Positions 39,366 to 53,334 of a stretch of 64,000 nt of DNA are shown one piece after another. The stretch is from Camelus ferus. Lineage: Eukaryota. The first letter of the stretch is position 1. The number at the start of each line of letters is the position of its first letter. The notes under the pieces were generated by a model. That model saw nothing but the letters and a program-made list of their open reading frames with translations. It did no database searches and was not told the DNA's origin. The position numbers and the translations under genes are program-made. The stretch spans positions 11,842,001-11,906,000 of the forward strand of contig NC_045724.1 of the NCBI RefSeq assembly GCF_009834535.1, given 5' to 3'.

Positions 39366-42300
39366 CTTGTTGATATCATTTAGATGCATTTGCCTTGCCT
39401 CTTTCTAACTGGTTTTTTTTTTTATGTTTTGGTATTTTTGTTTTTTTGCTGGGTCATTTTGAAAGTGATGTGCAAATATCATGACACTTCACTCCTAAAT
39501 ATGTCAGCATGTATCTTTGAATAACAAGGGCATTCTTCTAGATAACCACATACTATTATCACTTTCGAGAAATTTAACGTCAACATCTTAATATTATTTG
39601 ATATACGACCCATATTCAAAATTCCAGTGGAATAAATATGCGTATCAGTTTTATTCTCTTTTAGGAAGTGCTGCATCACCAGCATTGCTGGAGGTGGGGG
39701 GTGACTGTGTTGGAAAAAACACAGACATCAAAGGCTCTGAGTCTAACAGTGATTCAGAGAATGCGACACCAGATATGAAGACGTTTTAGGAAGCCATTTA
39801 AGCCATTTTATTTCCCTCACATTTTTCTTTTCATGTATGCACAAGACTTGACGTGTAATAAAATCTGCATCTAAGTAAGTCTAAACTCCTCTGTGATTAA
39901 AAACCAAAGTGAAAAGAAAGCACTGTGTTACAACTGGCATAATTGTTTTTTCTTTGCGGTACTTAAAATGATTGTGCATTAACATATGATGAAAGACTTT
40001 GGGCAGTTGGGGGTTCAGAGCCGGGAAGAAAACATGCCAGTACATGAACTTCACTGAGTGTCCTGAGTGAGACTGTCGGCACACCTGATGCCCAGTGGGC
40101 AGGGCAGCATGGCTCTCACTCCTGGATCCATCGGCTGGAGACGGGCTGACTGACGCTCTCTCACCGTCTCTCCTTTCGGGACTCCGGTCAGGTGGCCTCC
40201 CCAGTCGTGTCTGTGGACACATTTCTTTCTTCAGAACAGTTACGATTCAATTAAGTTATGCTTTCGCTCCAGATGGACCAGCTGCTCCCAAGGCGCCTCC
40301 GTCTGAGCTGTTCTCTTGGCGTGTCTCTCTGCTTTCTCCACTGGCTAATCGCGGTCATTTCGAGTTTATTCTTCTCTGTTCTGCTCTTGCAGGACAGTTG
40401 GATTTCTGCTTTCTGGGCTCACATTCCTTGCCATCTTCTGAGTATTGGCTCCCAGTGCATCTCTGCCAAATCGCCCTGAATTCTACTCTGTGTGCAACGA
40501 ATACTGTTGAAGTTCGTGGGTCCCACTCCAGCTTGTCCCAACACGTAGGCGTGGAGAGCCCTGAACCAATGACATTTGACATTCAGGTAAAAATTTCAAA
40601 AAAGTGAAAATTTGCCTTTGGCACCTTTTGAGCTGCCACCCACAAGTGACTTCTCCCTCCCTTCTCTAGAAACCCCCCGAGTGTCTCTTATTTCCTTTCT
40701 TCCTGTCTCCTGCCAAACTTCACACGCCAGCAAAAGATTTCTGGTTAACTAACCCATGCATGGCCAGTATACCAGGCATCCACTATTGTCTGATAGATCT
40801 ATGTTGGCGACGAGGTCATGTACAAACGAGGCCACCTAAGCTTATGTCTTCAGCAGAGCCTCAGGATGGGGGTAGAGTTGGGGCTGGGCTGGGGCAGGCA
40901 GTTTCACCTGCCTCATTCAGTGGCCTTGTCACTCCAAACATTATCAACTCCAAAATTAGTTCAGATTCAGGGCATTGGTTAACTTTGCATGTTTTCTTTA
41001 AATTTTTTTTTTCTAATCTGACAGAAGATGTGGACTGTGACTGGTGAGTATGTATTTACATGTGAATATCTAACACCAGTCATCAGGGAACACTCTTCTG
41101 AACTTAAACTGGATCAGTCCTTACAGCATCTTTTCTGTCTCCTCGGTGATCACACATCTTTTTTTCCAAACCTCCTGTCCCTCTTAACCCCACAACAGTC
41201 CTGTCTCATATTCCGCACAGATTAGTATACAATGTATGGTTTCCTTCACGTTAGGACAACCCTGAATATCATCTCTTAATTAATCTTCCGAAAGTGCCAC
41301 TGCCATTGTTTTACTCTTCTCCTGGGAATCTACTGTGGTTCCCCACTGGTTTTCAGTCTGGGAAAAAAATTAATTAACATCTCTGAATCTTGTACTTTAT
41401 TGTAAAATGGTACAATACCAGCCTTGTAGAACTGTAGTCAGGGCTAGAGATAATGTCCCAAATGCTCCTGGAAAAATAGAGGTGCTCAACCAGTATTTGT
41501 TTGCCCTTCCCACTGTGGCACTGTTTCCTGAGTCTGCATCATTTCCACGGAGACCTCAGGCTCCTTTAGAACATCGTCCTGTTTCTTCCCCTGTGTTATC
41601 TCCAGCCCCCAGAGCCTCCAGATGGGACAGTCTGGCACCCAGTGATGCTCAGTGAGGCTCAGGCAATGAAGCTGAGAAATGGTGAGACCAGCACTTATAG
41701 GAGAAGGGGAGGGGAACGAGCTGTGGCTGGGAAACAGGTCCCTGCCCATGTGCTGGGCTCGTCAAGCCCCAGGCTGGGTCCAAGCATGGATCCTATTGTT
41801 TCCTGGCACCTGCAGGTTGACTCCCAGGTGGGCAGTAGGCTCCTGACCTTGCTCAAGGTGCTTCTGTGACAACTTCCATAGACTTGTCCCCTCGAGATGA
41901 GGACTATGGACCTTCATACCTCTCTTCCCAAGACAGGACCAGGAAACTGCACAGTGGGAGATCAAATAACTGACAAGTCTGAGTCTGCATCAACAAATCT
42001 CTACTGTGGCTTGGCTCCCTGGACACCACCGTGCGTTTGTTGTCCTCCTTGGGTTACCAGGAGCAGAAGCGCACTCACCAAGGGCATTGTTGTCAGAATG
42101 CCGGAGAAATCAGGACAATGGCATCTCCACCCCAGGGCCCGGCTTCCTGAGTACCACCAAGAACTGGGGCTCCCCCAGGATGGGCGTGGTTTTGGAGTGG
42201 AGGGGTCTGGGCTATTTCTGGTACCCATCAGCAGCATAAGTACCCATTCTCCTGTCTTGGTTTTTTCAAATAGTTTTTTTTTTTCCAACTTCTGCTCCTC

Positions 42301-43396
42301 CCACCCCTGTTCAGCCCTCTTTTTAAGTCTCCTGTTCCAACACCTCAGAATAATTTACAATGTCATTGTCATTCCTGATGGGCTGTTTTGCCCCAAACCA
42401 CACCACAGGTGACACCCTGAATGGGTTACCTCGGATCTGGTGCAATGAATGCACTGTGGCAGGGGTGGCAAGATCACAGGCAGCAGGAAGGCACCCATGG
42501 AAGCCCCCCACTGAGGGTGGGTGGGTCTCAAGACGGTTCATGGCTCAGTACTCCTTGTTTCTACCCTTGTCCCATAAAAGATAAGTAATAGTAACTATTC
42601 ATGAAACTATTTATGGAAACCATATTTGCAAGTGATTTCAGTTAGTTATTGATTTCAAACCCATTGTCTTTCAAGCTTAATATTGGTCTGCCATGGGGAC
42701 TGTGGCCAAGAACTTTGAATAGAAAATAAAGACGAGGTGGATTATTGGCCTCCATGAGCCCCTCAAAGGCAAACGTTGCCTTTGATTGGGTTTCTATGTG
42801 GATAGGCTCTCGCACTTAGGTGTTCAGTGCCCCTTGCCCTGGATGCCAGAGCTGAGTTATTGGCAGGGGAGTGTTTACTCGCCTTCTGGGGATAAGCTTT
42901 TAATCACCCTCAAAGAGCAGCTGGCCTCCTCTAAAAACACTTCAATAAAGTGGGACTCAGCCCTCAGTTGGCTCAGCCCTTGTCAGCCCCAGGTTTTCCT
43001 TGTGCCAAGATGCACTGAAGCCAGAAATGAAGGTCAAAAAGTTACTAAGCATTGGCACGTCTTGCTGGCTGGCTTGTTTGGTATATCCTTATTAAAACAT
43101 AGGTGGATGTTGGCTGGCTTCTTTCTCGCTTTTATAAATACTGTCCTGTCTGTTTTCATTCCTTTCTTCTCTGCCTGCTTCTGCAAAGATGGCTGTGATG
43201 GAGGATGGACAAGCTGAATTCAGCAGTAGAGCTGTCAGCTTAGGCGAGGGATTCCGGGCGTCCCAGATGATTAGTGCTGATGATGCGAATCAAGGGGCTG
43301 GTGTTATGAGATCACCTGCAAGCTGGGCAGATGGACCAAAACACGCGTGGCTAAACCCTTCCCTGGAATCCGGCACCTCTGAGAGTTTCAAACAGT

Positions 43397-43415
43397 GCCC
43401 ACTAGGTGGCGCAGT
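43397..43415 (+). promoter_or_regulatory. Consensus CTCF binding motif
   Basis: CCACTAGGTGGCGC at 43399-43412 matches the CCASYAGRKGGCRS core at all positions. Confidence 0.6.
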
Positions 43416-43769
43416 GACACTGACCGCATACACAAGCAAGCCTCTGGGTCTCCTGCAATCACTCACATTGGCTTGATCACCCCTCAACTAAAGTTGGAGG
43501 CTTGTTAAGGCAGGGAGTCAGGATTGAACTCCCTGAAGTTCTATATCTTGGATATATTTCTCTAAATCTTCATACAAGCATGGTGAAAATTGTGTGGATT
43601 TTGTAAAACTCTGGACAGTAAATAATCACAAAGGCCCATATAAAAATAACAAAAACATTTGAGGATATAGGAGCAATGCCACATAAAGGGGATCTAACCA
43701 TCTCTGATACTTAGAAAATGTACCCTAAGATTTGGGGGAAAATATATGGCTTAACTAGCTCTTGTGTTA

Positions 43770-43990
43770 TCACAAGCATTAGGTGCTTTATCTGCATTCA
43801 TTTCAGTTAATCCTTATAATAACTGATGAGATAGGTAGGCTCTGTGAACATACTACTTTTGCAGACAGGAAAATTGAGGCACAGAGAGATTAAGCTGCTT
43901 GCCTAAAGTCACAAAGCTAACACGTGCTGGGGCTGAGACTCAGATCTTGAGAATTTTGGCTCCAAAGTTCATGCTCTTAGTGACTATCCT
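43770..43990 (-). mobile_element. MIR SINE
   Basis: aggaaaattgaggcacagagagattaag...gcctaaagtcacaaagct...catgctctta. Confidence 0.8.
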
Positions 43991-44241
43991 CTTCACAAAA
44001 GAGAAGGCTGGGGAGCTCTGCCAGATAAGCTTTTATGCTTTCTCAATACAAAGGGAAAAGCTTAGGTTCTAAGCGCTTTCCTCCCTAATATCCCCTCTCG
44101 ACATGAGCGCACTGGGATGCCAATCCTATCCGTCCGCATATCTGTATTCTCGTGTCTGGTTCTCCAGCAAATGCCACCGTCCTTACAAAAATAATGCTGG
44201 AATAGCATAATTTTTTGTCCTTCTATTTAGAACAGTGCTTT

Positions 44242-44276
44242 AAAAAACAAACAAACAAACAAACAAACAAAAAAAA
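44242..44276. repeat. (AAAC)n microsatellite
   Basis: Read directly. Confidence 0.9.
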
Positions 44277-44449
44277 CCCGCCCTGCTGATTCCCATTCTG
44301 ACTTTCAGATACAGGTAGGAAAGTTAATATGCTAAGTCGCTTATCCACTCAAGGACACTTAGGCTATGACTAGAGGTTTTACGCCTCTATTCCTTCTTCC
44401 ATGTGTTCTGTGATGTTCACAAAATGGATGCAGTGTGCCTGGACCTAAC

Positions 44450-45900
44450 GCTGGAGTGATAACTCAGGCTGGTTTGCCACCCTCACATCACTCACAGTTG
44501 ACAAGGGAGGCAGACAGGTGAACACACCATGAGAAGCCATGCTACTGGGGCTGGAACAGAGTTACAGAGTTTGGACAGTTGGTGGGTAGGGGAGCCGCCT
44601 AGATCTCTGAGGGGTAGAGTCAGCAGGACAGCCTTCACCGAGGACAGGGTCCTTGAGTGGAGTCATGGAGGATGAGCAGGAGTCCCCGAGGTAAACACAG
44701 CATCCCCAGGGAAAAAGAACACAGCGTGTTCAAATGCCCAGAGCTTGGACACTCTGAGAGAAGAGCCTGAAAAACTTCCAGAGTCCATCACAAAGTTCTC
44801 CATGAGCCAGTCAAAAGGTGGGGCTTTACTCTGTATCCGACGGGAAGCCCCTGGGCTTTCTAGGGAGGGAATCAGACCATTAAATCTGTGTTTTAGGAAG
44901 TGGACTCTGGTCTGAGGATGGACTACAGGTCAGGGGGCAGCAGTGAGACTGGATGCAGAGACCAGTTAGGAGATGTTTGCAATAGCCAAGATGCAATTAG
45001 GGTGGGGGATGCTGAGGGCTATAAGGGTTCAGAATGAGCCTCCCCTAAATGTGTCACTTTGACATGAGGATTATTTTGAGCTAAAAGCAGTTGAGATCCT
45101 GCGGGTTCCAGAGAAGAGTACTGCCTAGCTACCTACAAGAATTTAAATTGGGAATTTTTCCCAGAAAAGAGTTATCACCGAAGATAAATTTTATCCAAGT
45201 GGCCCTACCTGCATGGCAGGGCAAACATCTAATTACTAAGCATTTGCACTTCTCCCATTTGCCCTGTGAAGGACCCTATGTCCTTGGAAGCCCCAGGCCC
45301 CCATCCCATTCCTAGCTCAGGATGGCATATAGACTGCATTTTGCCTTTCTGTCTGTGGTCTTGTCATGTAGGTAGGGGTCCCTGTACATACAAAATTAAA
45401 TCTAGTCTTCTCCTGTTACTCTGTCTTATGTCGAGTTAAGTCTTAGATCAGCCAGAAGAACCTAGAAGGACAGGGGAAAGTTTTTTCCTCCTCAGTGGGG
45501 ATAGGGGAAAGGAGTTTTAAGGCCATTTCAGAGATACTCTAAGTAGGACATTTATTTATATAGGCAGGTATGAATGATTTATAGCCAGCTAAAGGCTTTG
45601 GGGTGGTGCCCCAGGACTTGAGCATCAGATGAATGCAGGGGCTGAGGGAGAGGAAACATCCAACAGGATCCCCAGTTTCTGGCTTGGACAAGAGCATAGA
45701 TGAGGTGTCGGCAGTCAATATGGAAAATGAAGGGAAAGAAAGGTCATAACCAACATTTCATTTCAAATATACTGCATTTGAAGCATCGTGGACAGTCAGG
45801 TGGCTCTAAGGATCTGCACCTTGTGAGAAAAGTCAAGGTTGGCAAGGTAGAATTTGCAATTATCAGCATATAGGTGGGGGCTGAGACTGGGAGGGTGGAT
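44450..45900 (-). mobile_element. L2 fragment interrupted by an LTR
   Basis: Antisense L2 motifs on both sides of 45020-45494. Confidence 0.6.
45020..45494 (+). mobile_element. ERV1-class solo LTR (MER34-like)
   Basis: agggttcagaatgagcctcccctaaatgtgtcactttgacatgaggattattttgagctaaaagcagttgag ... ggggaaagttttttcctcctca; attaaa poly(A) signal. Confidence 0.7.
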
Positions 45901-46599
45901 ATCATTACGGAGTCTGATAAAAAATATGAACCATTTAGTTTAGTTTCCGAATGTTTAGCTATTTAGTATCTCAGAAATCTGTCTGCATTTTTTTTTCACC
46001 TCTCATCAAACATTTAAATGCAATATAGACAGCTCCAGGGAGGAGTAAGAGAACCGAGCAGAGCACAGTGTCTCCTAGGATTTCTTTGTGTCTGCCTTTC
46101 CTTGTGTGCAAAGTCCACACACGTTTTATATTCTGAGTTCTTCCCAAGACAAATCGAAGACGGGGCAGAGGGAGAAGACCCTGAGCTTTCAATCAGGTGG
46201 CTTGCAGACAGCACTCCACCTCCAGCCCCTGAATAGCACTCCGACTTTTTGAAGAACTGGAGAAAACATGCTTCTGGCAGGTGAAGAAAGGGAGGGGGCT
46301 GGAGCCAGCTTCAGGCTTGTATTTATTTTAAAACTGCATGTTTAAAATGTGATATGTAAACTCGCTTTCAGGCTGCTTTTCACTGTAAGCAGCCTTGACA
46401 GTTAACCGTTAGGTTTCCCTGAGATGAAGGGAACTGTGTGTTCTCTTGTAGAGAACAGCAGAGAGGCCCCTCTCTAGATCCTACGGGCGGCAAGGGAAAT
46501 AGGTTCGCCATCTGCTCTCAACTTTGGCAAAATGGAGGAATTGAAGGCAGCGGTGCCAGCACTGGGGGAAATTAAACAGGAGATACCTCACTCCCCCAG

Positions 46600-46983
46600 T
46601 CGCAGGCTTTTTGTCATGGCAAAGGACTCCCAAATCCAGTGGCTTACAAACATTCACTTCTCCATCATGCTATGGAATGGCCACAGCTCGGCTGATAGGC
46701 TGTGGGCTGACTGTGGATGGGCTTTTAGCATCTTCCTGTCTGGGACTCAGGCTGCAGGAGCAACCCCTACCTGCAACCTGCAGCCTTGAGGCAGAGAACA
46801 GAAAAGCACAAGAGTCTGAGCCAAGCCAGACGCTCTCACTTCAATCCAGCTGCTCGGAAATGCCAGGGGTTGTGCCTACTTGACTTGCGCTGCATAAAAC
46901 AAGTCACATAGCCAAGCCCAAAGGGTTGGGTTATAAAGAAGGAGGAAGTGAATACTTGATCATAGTAACTGCTATCTGCCAGA
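46600..46983 (-). mobile_element. MaLR LTR (MLT1K/L-like)
   Basis: cccaaatccagtggcttac...aagtcacatagccaagccc...ctatctgccaga. Confidence 0.55.
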
Positions 46984-47854
46984 GTTATCCGTTCTGTCAC
47001 CAAATATTCACTGAGTGCCAGCATTGGGCTGGAAATTGATCTACAGAAATAGATCTGCCCTCATGGACACAAATGATGAGACCAGAAATTCCAGTAAAAG
47101 CTGAGCCCAGTCCCAGACTTCAGACGCCTCACAAGGGGAGTGGAGATTGCAGAGAGCACAGGCTGACTGCCATAGGATGAATTACGCCAGAATGTTACCA
47201 TATCAAGGCCTAAACGGTATTTGTTTTCCTGCATAGGGTGAGGGAGAGGTGGAGAGATTCTGTTCTTGAAAATTCTACTCAGGTCACCGGCCTTCTGAGA
47301 CTCTTTATGGCCTTCTTTGCTGAGAGAGTGTCAGGCCTGGCAAGTTACCTGCCTTGACATCCTTCGTCCCACCTGCCACCTGTAAACCCAGCCCCACCTC
47401 CCTTCCCAGTCTGGTCAGGTCCTGAATCAGTAAGGACTTACACAGATCCAGCTCTGTATTTGGGCGCTGAGGCCCAAGTTACCCTTGGCTGTCTGTCTCT
47501 CTGTGACCAGCTGTCCCAATTTTGAAGACTGGATTCCTGCCACATTCCTAAGCATTCCCTCTAACCTTGTGAACTCTTCCATACCCTCATGCAGCAGACT
47601 GCTCTGATATCCCCAGACTCCAGCCTAGTGATTCCCTTTATTCCTGTTGGACGCCCCACCCCCAACCGAGTCCCAGGGTTCACAAATGTCCCCACTCCCT
47701 CAACACCACACAGAGGCTGTCTCTCCAAAGACTCTTCCCTGCGGGTACCCCTTCTGCAGTCCTCTTGACCTCAGGGCCAGGAGACTGAGGAATGTTCTCC
47801 TGTTCCCCAGTGTGGCTTCCTATACTCTGTGCTCCTTTGAAAGGAGAGATTCTT

Positions 47855-48591
47855 TTTTTGTCTGTTTGTTTCACATTTTTAAAATTGAAGTATATTTGAT
47901 TTACAATGTTTCATGTGTACAGCAAAGTGATTCAGTTACACACACATATTCTTTTTGGATCCTTTTCCATTACAGATCATTACAAGGTACTGAATATAGT
48001 TCCCTGTGCTGTACAGCATGTCCTTGTTTATCTATTTTATATACAATGGTATCTATTAATCCCAAATTCCCAATTTATCCCTCCCCACCTTTCCTCTTTG
48101 GTAACCATAAGTTTGTTTTCTATGTCTGTGAGTCTATTTCCATTTGTATAATTTTTTTTAGAGTCCACATATAAGTAATATCATATAATATCTGTCTTTC
48201 TCTGTCTGACTTACTTCACTTAATATGATAATCTCTCCATCCATCCGTGTTGCTATAAATGGCATCTCTCATTCTTGTTTATGGCTGAGTAGTATTCCAT
48301 CATATATATATACACCACATCTTCCTTATATTCATCTGTCCCTGGACATTTAGTTTGCTTCCATGTCTTGGCTGTTATAAATAGTGCTGCTGTGAACATT
48401 TGGGGGCATATATCTTTTAGAACTAGGATTTCCATCTTTTTTGGATATATGCCCAGGAGTGGGATTGCTGGTTCACATGGTAACTCTGATTTTAGTTTTT
48501 TAAGGAACCTCCATAATGTTCTCCATTGTGGCTGCACCAATGTACATTCCCACCAACAGTGCAGGAAGGTCCCCTTTTCCCCACACCCTCC
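47855..48591 (-). mobile_element. 737-bp 5'-truncated cetartiodactyl-type L1 (ORF2 C-terminus plus 3' UTR) with 16-bp TSD
   Basis: ORF 48253..48540 reads [25 protein letters not shown]...[19 protein letters not shown] (L1 ORF2p). TSD gaaaggagaga(t/g)tctt at 47839-47854 and 48592-48607. Confidence 0.92.
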
Positions 48592-51500
48592 GAAAGGAGA
48601 GAGTCTTGGTTATATACATGTAGATGGTTCCACTGGGGTTCAGGGCAAAGGCCCTGGCAGAGGGTGGTGGCCTCTGTTCTTCATCCTCACTGCTTGGTGC
48701 AACCAAAATGTGGTGCAGGTATCAAGATAGGTCCATGCGCACAGCATGCAGGTGAAGCCCAGGGAGGGGATGGCTTTGAAATATGGCAGGCCAAGAATTT
48801 CCATCAATGACTTGTTCAAATTTACTTTTCATATGAGTTCTTGGCACCAAGAACAGTGACCCTGGACATTGGGGTCCAAGGTCACAAATGAGTATAAATA
48901 CATCCAGAGGTTCTATAGAAGTTTTCTCAGGGCTGATTAAGGCTGAAAGCAAACCATCCAAATGGGGAAATAGCTCAAGTACCCCGTCTGCAAAGTTTTA
49001 CTAAGATTTATTTGGAAAGTTATGGTCTCTCCCAAAATGAATCCACAGATTGTCTTGCTTTGCAAAAACGTTAAGGTCTTTATTAACAGTCATCCTTGGA
49101 CTCCTTCCCTCCTTAAGGAGATTAATTAGGTAAATTTCATTACAGTAACACCAACTTTCTTGGAAAGAAACCATCCAACTTCAGAATGACTTTAAGTTTA
49201 TATCTGGAAATGAAGCAATGTTAATGTTTACAGTTGGGAATGTGAAACATTAGGTTTTAAGAGATGTTGATGTCATTCCTGGCATCCTGCAATGATATAA
49301 ACTACTCCGTGAAGAGGTAACACGTTGTTAAATGTAACCAAAATGCAAAGAAAGGAGTTGAAATGTACACACACACAAGGTTCGACCCTGCCTCCTACTT
49401 ACCCAGCCTGTAGCTGCCATCTGCACGGAACCAGACAATGGCGGCTGGCAAGCCTCCATCCATCACAAATGTCTAGCGAGAGATGTAGGAATTCCTCCCA
49501 TTCTATTCAGTGGTTTGCTACCCTAGCATTTTCAAAGAGGGTCAGAATGGTCAAGGAAAGGGATGTCAATTTAGTCCTGGTTCTGCCACTACTTGTTGCC
49601 TGACCTTGGACCAGTCACTCTCTCTGGGCTACAGTTTCCCTACGTGAAAAGTGAGATGTCTAGACTCACCGACTTCCAATGACCAGCATAAAACTCTGTT
49701 TAGAGAATAATTTTTCTGCCGTTTGAGTAGATTGTCTAATATGCAGCCTCTTAACAACCCCCTTTAATCTCGAAGGAATGTGGGAATTCCAGGCCTGACT
49801 CTGTAACCTTGCAAGTGGGTCCTTCAGGTCCTTGAACTGGCCTCATGGCAGTCAGGGGCTGGGACAGTTCTGAGACGGCCTCAGACACAGATGGGTAAAA
49901 ACCGGCTCTGTCCCCCACCTCGCTCTGTCTTCTTTCTGCTTTTCAAAGTTTTCAAAAGATGTCACCCCGTATCAGTGCATTCCCACACCTACAGGCGAGG
50001 CAAGCAGGGCAAGACTGTTACCCAGAATTGCTAAATGAAGCCCAAATATGTTTGGCAAATTGAAATTTTCAGGCACAGTGTGGAATTTCTCCCACAGGCA
50101 GGCATCTCTGTGATTTTTTTCAGTGTCCCTAAAATCATTCCACATAACAGCCTCCCATAACTAGGCTACTTGGATAGAGTTTGCCAAGTTCCAGAATGAC
50201 CTGGACACCTAATTTTCCCTTAGTTAATTTAATTCTCTAGGGGGAGCAGCCTTAGGACCTGGCCGACTTTTCAGTAGTCTTCTAGAACCACTGAGTGAGC
50301 TGGTGCTAAACTGGACTTTCCACTTGTGAAATTATAGGTTGTGTCTCTGAGGTACCACCCCCCCATACTACATCCTACCTAAAATGCTGTGGAGGTGGAA
50401 CTTGAACAAGCAAAGGCCCCAGACAGATTTGCTCAGTCCAGCAGAGCCCAGAGGGACCCACCTACCAGGGGAGAGGCTCAGTCCTCCCAAGGAAGCAGGA
50501 ATGTTGAGCATTTTCACACTGACTGCACACACCCTCAAAACACTGCACTGTGCTCTGAGCTCAGTGACTTTAGAGTGATAGGAAAAAACAACACGAAGGC
50601 TCAGAGGTGAGCCACGAAGATGATGAATAGATTGGAAATTGTTATTTTAAGCATGAAGATGGAAAAAACTGGGTGCGTTCACTTTAGGGAGAGATAGTCA
50701 AGGAGAAGGATGGGTGTTCACCTCCAAACACATAATGATTATCTTACAAAGACTGGAGGACATTTGCTGTCCACAGAGGAGGGAACAGAGGGGCAGACAC
50801 ACACTTGTGCTCAAGTGGATTCAGTCGGTGGGAGGAAAGTGGCCCTGCCAGTCAAAGCAGTCAAGCCTGGGATGAGACCAAGGAAGCTGTCACATGCCCT
50901 CCTCTGGGACCCCTGCAGGCAGAGGGAACTCGCCTCTTGGCAATGAGGTTGAATTCCCTGACAGCTGTGAAAGGACTGGATCAGACACATACAGTAAGAT
51001 TCACTCCAGTACCTCTAATTTTTCACCAAACGGCAAATAAAACCCACCCACAGATTTAGAAAAAATCAGTGTTGAGTGAGAACATGAGAGAAAAAGGAAG
51101 TATTTTAACTGTCAGCTCCCGGAATTTGGAGTGTGAGCTCTGGGAGACAGGGCCAGTGCCTCAGGACATATACGCCCCAGCTTTGCTTCCCTCGACCATT
51201 TCTGAAACCATTTACAAGATTCAACTGCCTGTTATTTCATGCTTCCAAGACTCTAGGATCACATCCCTGCCTTTGAAAGAAAATGTTTGAATTTGTTCAT
51301 AAACTATGTAAGAACAACTCATTCTCTTCCATTGGCCACTTGGGGAGTGAGAAGAGACAAGACGGTTTCAAGGTCAAAGGTCCAAGCCAACAGTGAGGGC
51401 TGCTTTGGCTGTGAGTTGCTTGACTTGCAGTGTGGCTACCTAGTTTGCATGCATGCGTGTAAATAATAGGTGGTACCACCCTGAGCTGTGTTTCTTATTG

Positions 51501-52147
51501 CAGAGCTGGTCTTGGCACTCTTGTGTCGTGAGTCGCACAGGAATGGGTGGGGCAATGATTGGGAGGGTTCGCTGTATACCTGCCCTGCCATCATCACTGC
51601 GGACCCTGTGATCATAGACCAGCCATCCAACTTGTAGATTTCACTTTCCCTTCCTGTACGATGAGGCCATGAGACTAGAACTGGAATACAGACCGAGAAT
51701 AGAAACATTAGTGTTTCCTGAAAGTCAGGCAATTTGTTGTGTTTAAACATCATGTCTTTACCCTCCAAATGCTACCTGCACTTTTATATTAGTAATTATT
51801 AATGTTACATTAAAAAGAAATACAAATGCTTTTTTACATTAACTCATTTCTAATTATAGAAATTTCTTTAAAAGGTAACTGTGTATCTCACTGTGCAAGG
51901 AAACTACCCCACTTGCCATAAATAGAAAGTAAATACAATGAAAACAAAACTAAGATATTAAATTCTAGCTGGTAACTGCTCCTTGCCAAGACTGAGCCTG
52001 AGGCTTGCTCTCTCTTTATTAAAAAGGGAGGTTAGCAAGTGTTGGAAAAGTCTTAAAGATATGTTAGTCTCAAGCGGATTCTTTCTCTTTGATATAATCA
52101 TGAGGGTTGAAAGAAACTTGAAAGACCGGCTTGCTCTTTTGTTAGAA

Positions 52148-52700
52148 AACTTTCTTTTTTGAAATAACTTCAAACTTTCAGAAAAGGTGTAAGAATAGTG
52201 CAAAAGAACTCCAGTTGAGCGTTTATCCGCATTTGCCAATTTTGCATATTGGCCACGTTTGCTCCATAATTCACTGTCTCTGTATATACTTATATTTGCT
52301 TTCAAACCACTGAGTAGGTTCCTTACACCATGCCCTTTAATACCTCAGCATGTATTTCTGAAAAAGAAGGATGTTCTCTGGATGTAACCACAGTAACATA
52401 ACCATATTCAGGAAATTTAACATGGATGCAATACTTCTATCTAACTCTGGGCTGTAATTTGATTTTGTCCATTGACCCAATAATGACATTTATGACATTT
52501 TCTCCCCCAGTGTAGGAACCCAGTTCAGATCATGTGTTGCATTTAGTGATCATTTCTCTTTAGTCTTCTTTAACCTGGAACAGTTCCTCAGCCTTTCTTT
52601 GCATCTCATAACATTGACATTCTGGAATGATGCAGGCTAGTTCCTTAAGAGACTGACCCTCAGATCCTGGTTGGTTGATGGTTCCATTTAACAGACTTGG
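52148..52700 (-). mobile_element. Old L1 3' end (L1MC4/5-like)
   Basis: tgaaataacttcaaactttcagaaaagg...aggaaatttaacatggatgcaatac...gttgcatttagtgatcatttctctttagtc. Confidence 0.7.
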
Positions 52701-53334
52701 GGAAGATGGGCGTGCTTCTGATTCTGTGCTATTTAATGCCATGCCCGTGTTCCTATGAAGCCATCTCTCGTATCCCCGTGAGAGCCACCTACACATCACT
52801 GACCCTGAAAGAGATCACCTCCATGGTTCCTTTTAGTACCTTTTAGTTTATGTATCTGAAGAAATCCAGACGCTGGTTTTAACCAAATCACACTGTCTAT
52901 AATGAATCACATCATCTGCGGGATTTCATGTTGTTTCTGGTGCGACTAGATGTTGAATAGGCAGCCTAGAATCTAAAGGGAGGCTCTCTATACCTTCCTC
53001 TGTCTCTGACAAGGGTAGACAATGCCTTTTACTTGAGAGTCAGCACGGCCAGGGAGCGAGTGCACAGAGAAGGAAAGATGCATGAATTATATGGAGAGCG
53101 GATGGTTGTAGCAGTAATTCCTGATCAGTGTGACCTCCATTGTGAACAGAAATGGAAAATAAATAATGGGAGAGAAATGGTCCCTGGTGAGAAGCTATCT
53201 GGGTCAGTGAAGAAGTCTTGATAAACAGTTACAGAGTCAGGCAGCAGATGGTGGCCAGAGAGTATGACTCAAGTTTGCTGCCCCTTCTGCTCTATGAAGT
53301 AGCTTTGAAGGTTTTTTTTTTTCCTTTATGTTTA

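Noticed and set aside
41897-42412. 171-aa ORF (and the 175-aa ORF at 47647..48174)
   Set aside because: The first overlaps probable old LTR-like sequence with no known motif. The second is mostly antisense L1 3' UTR.
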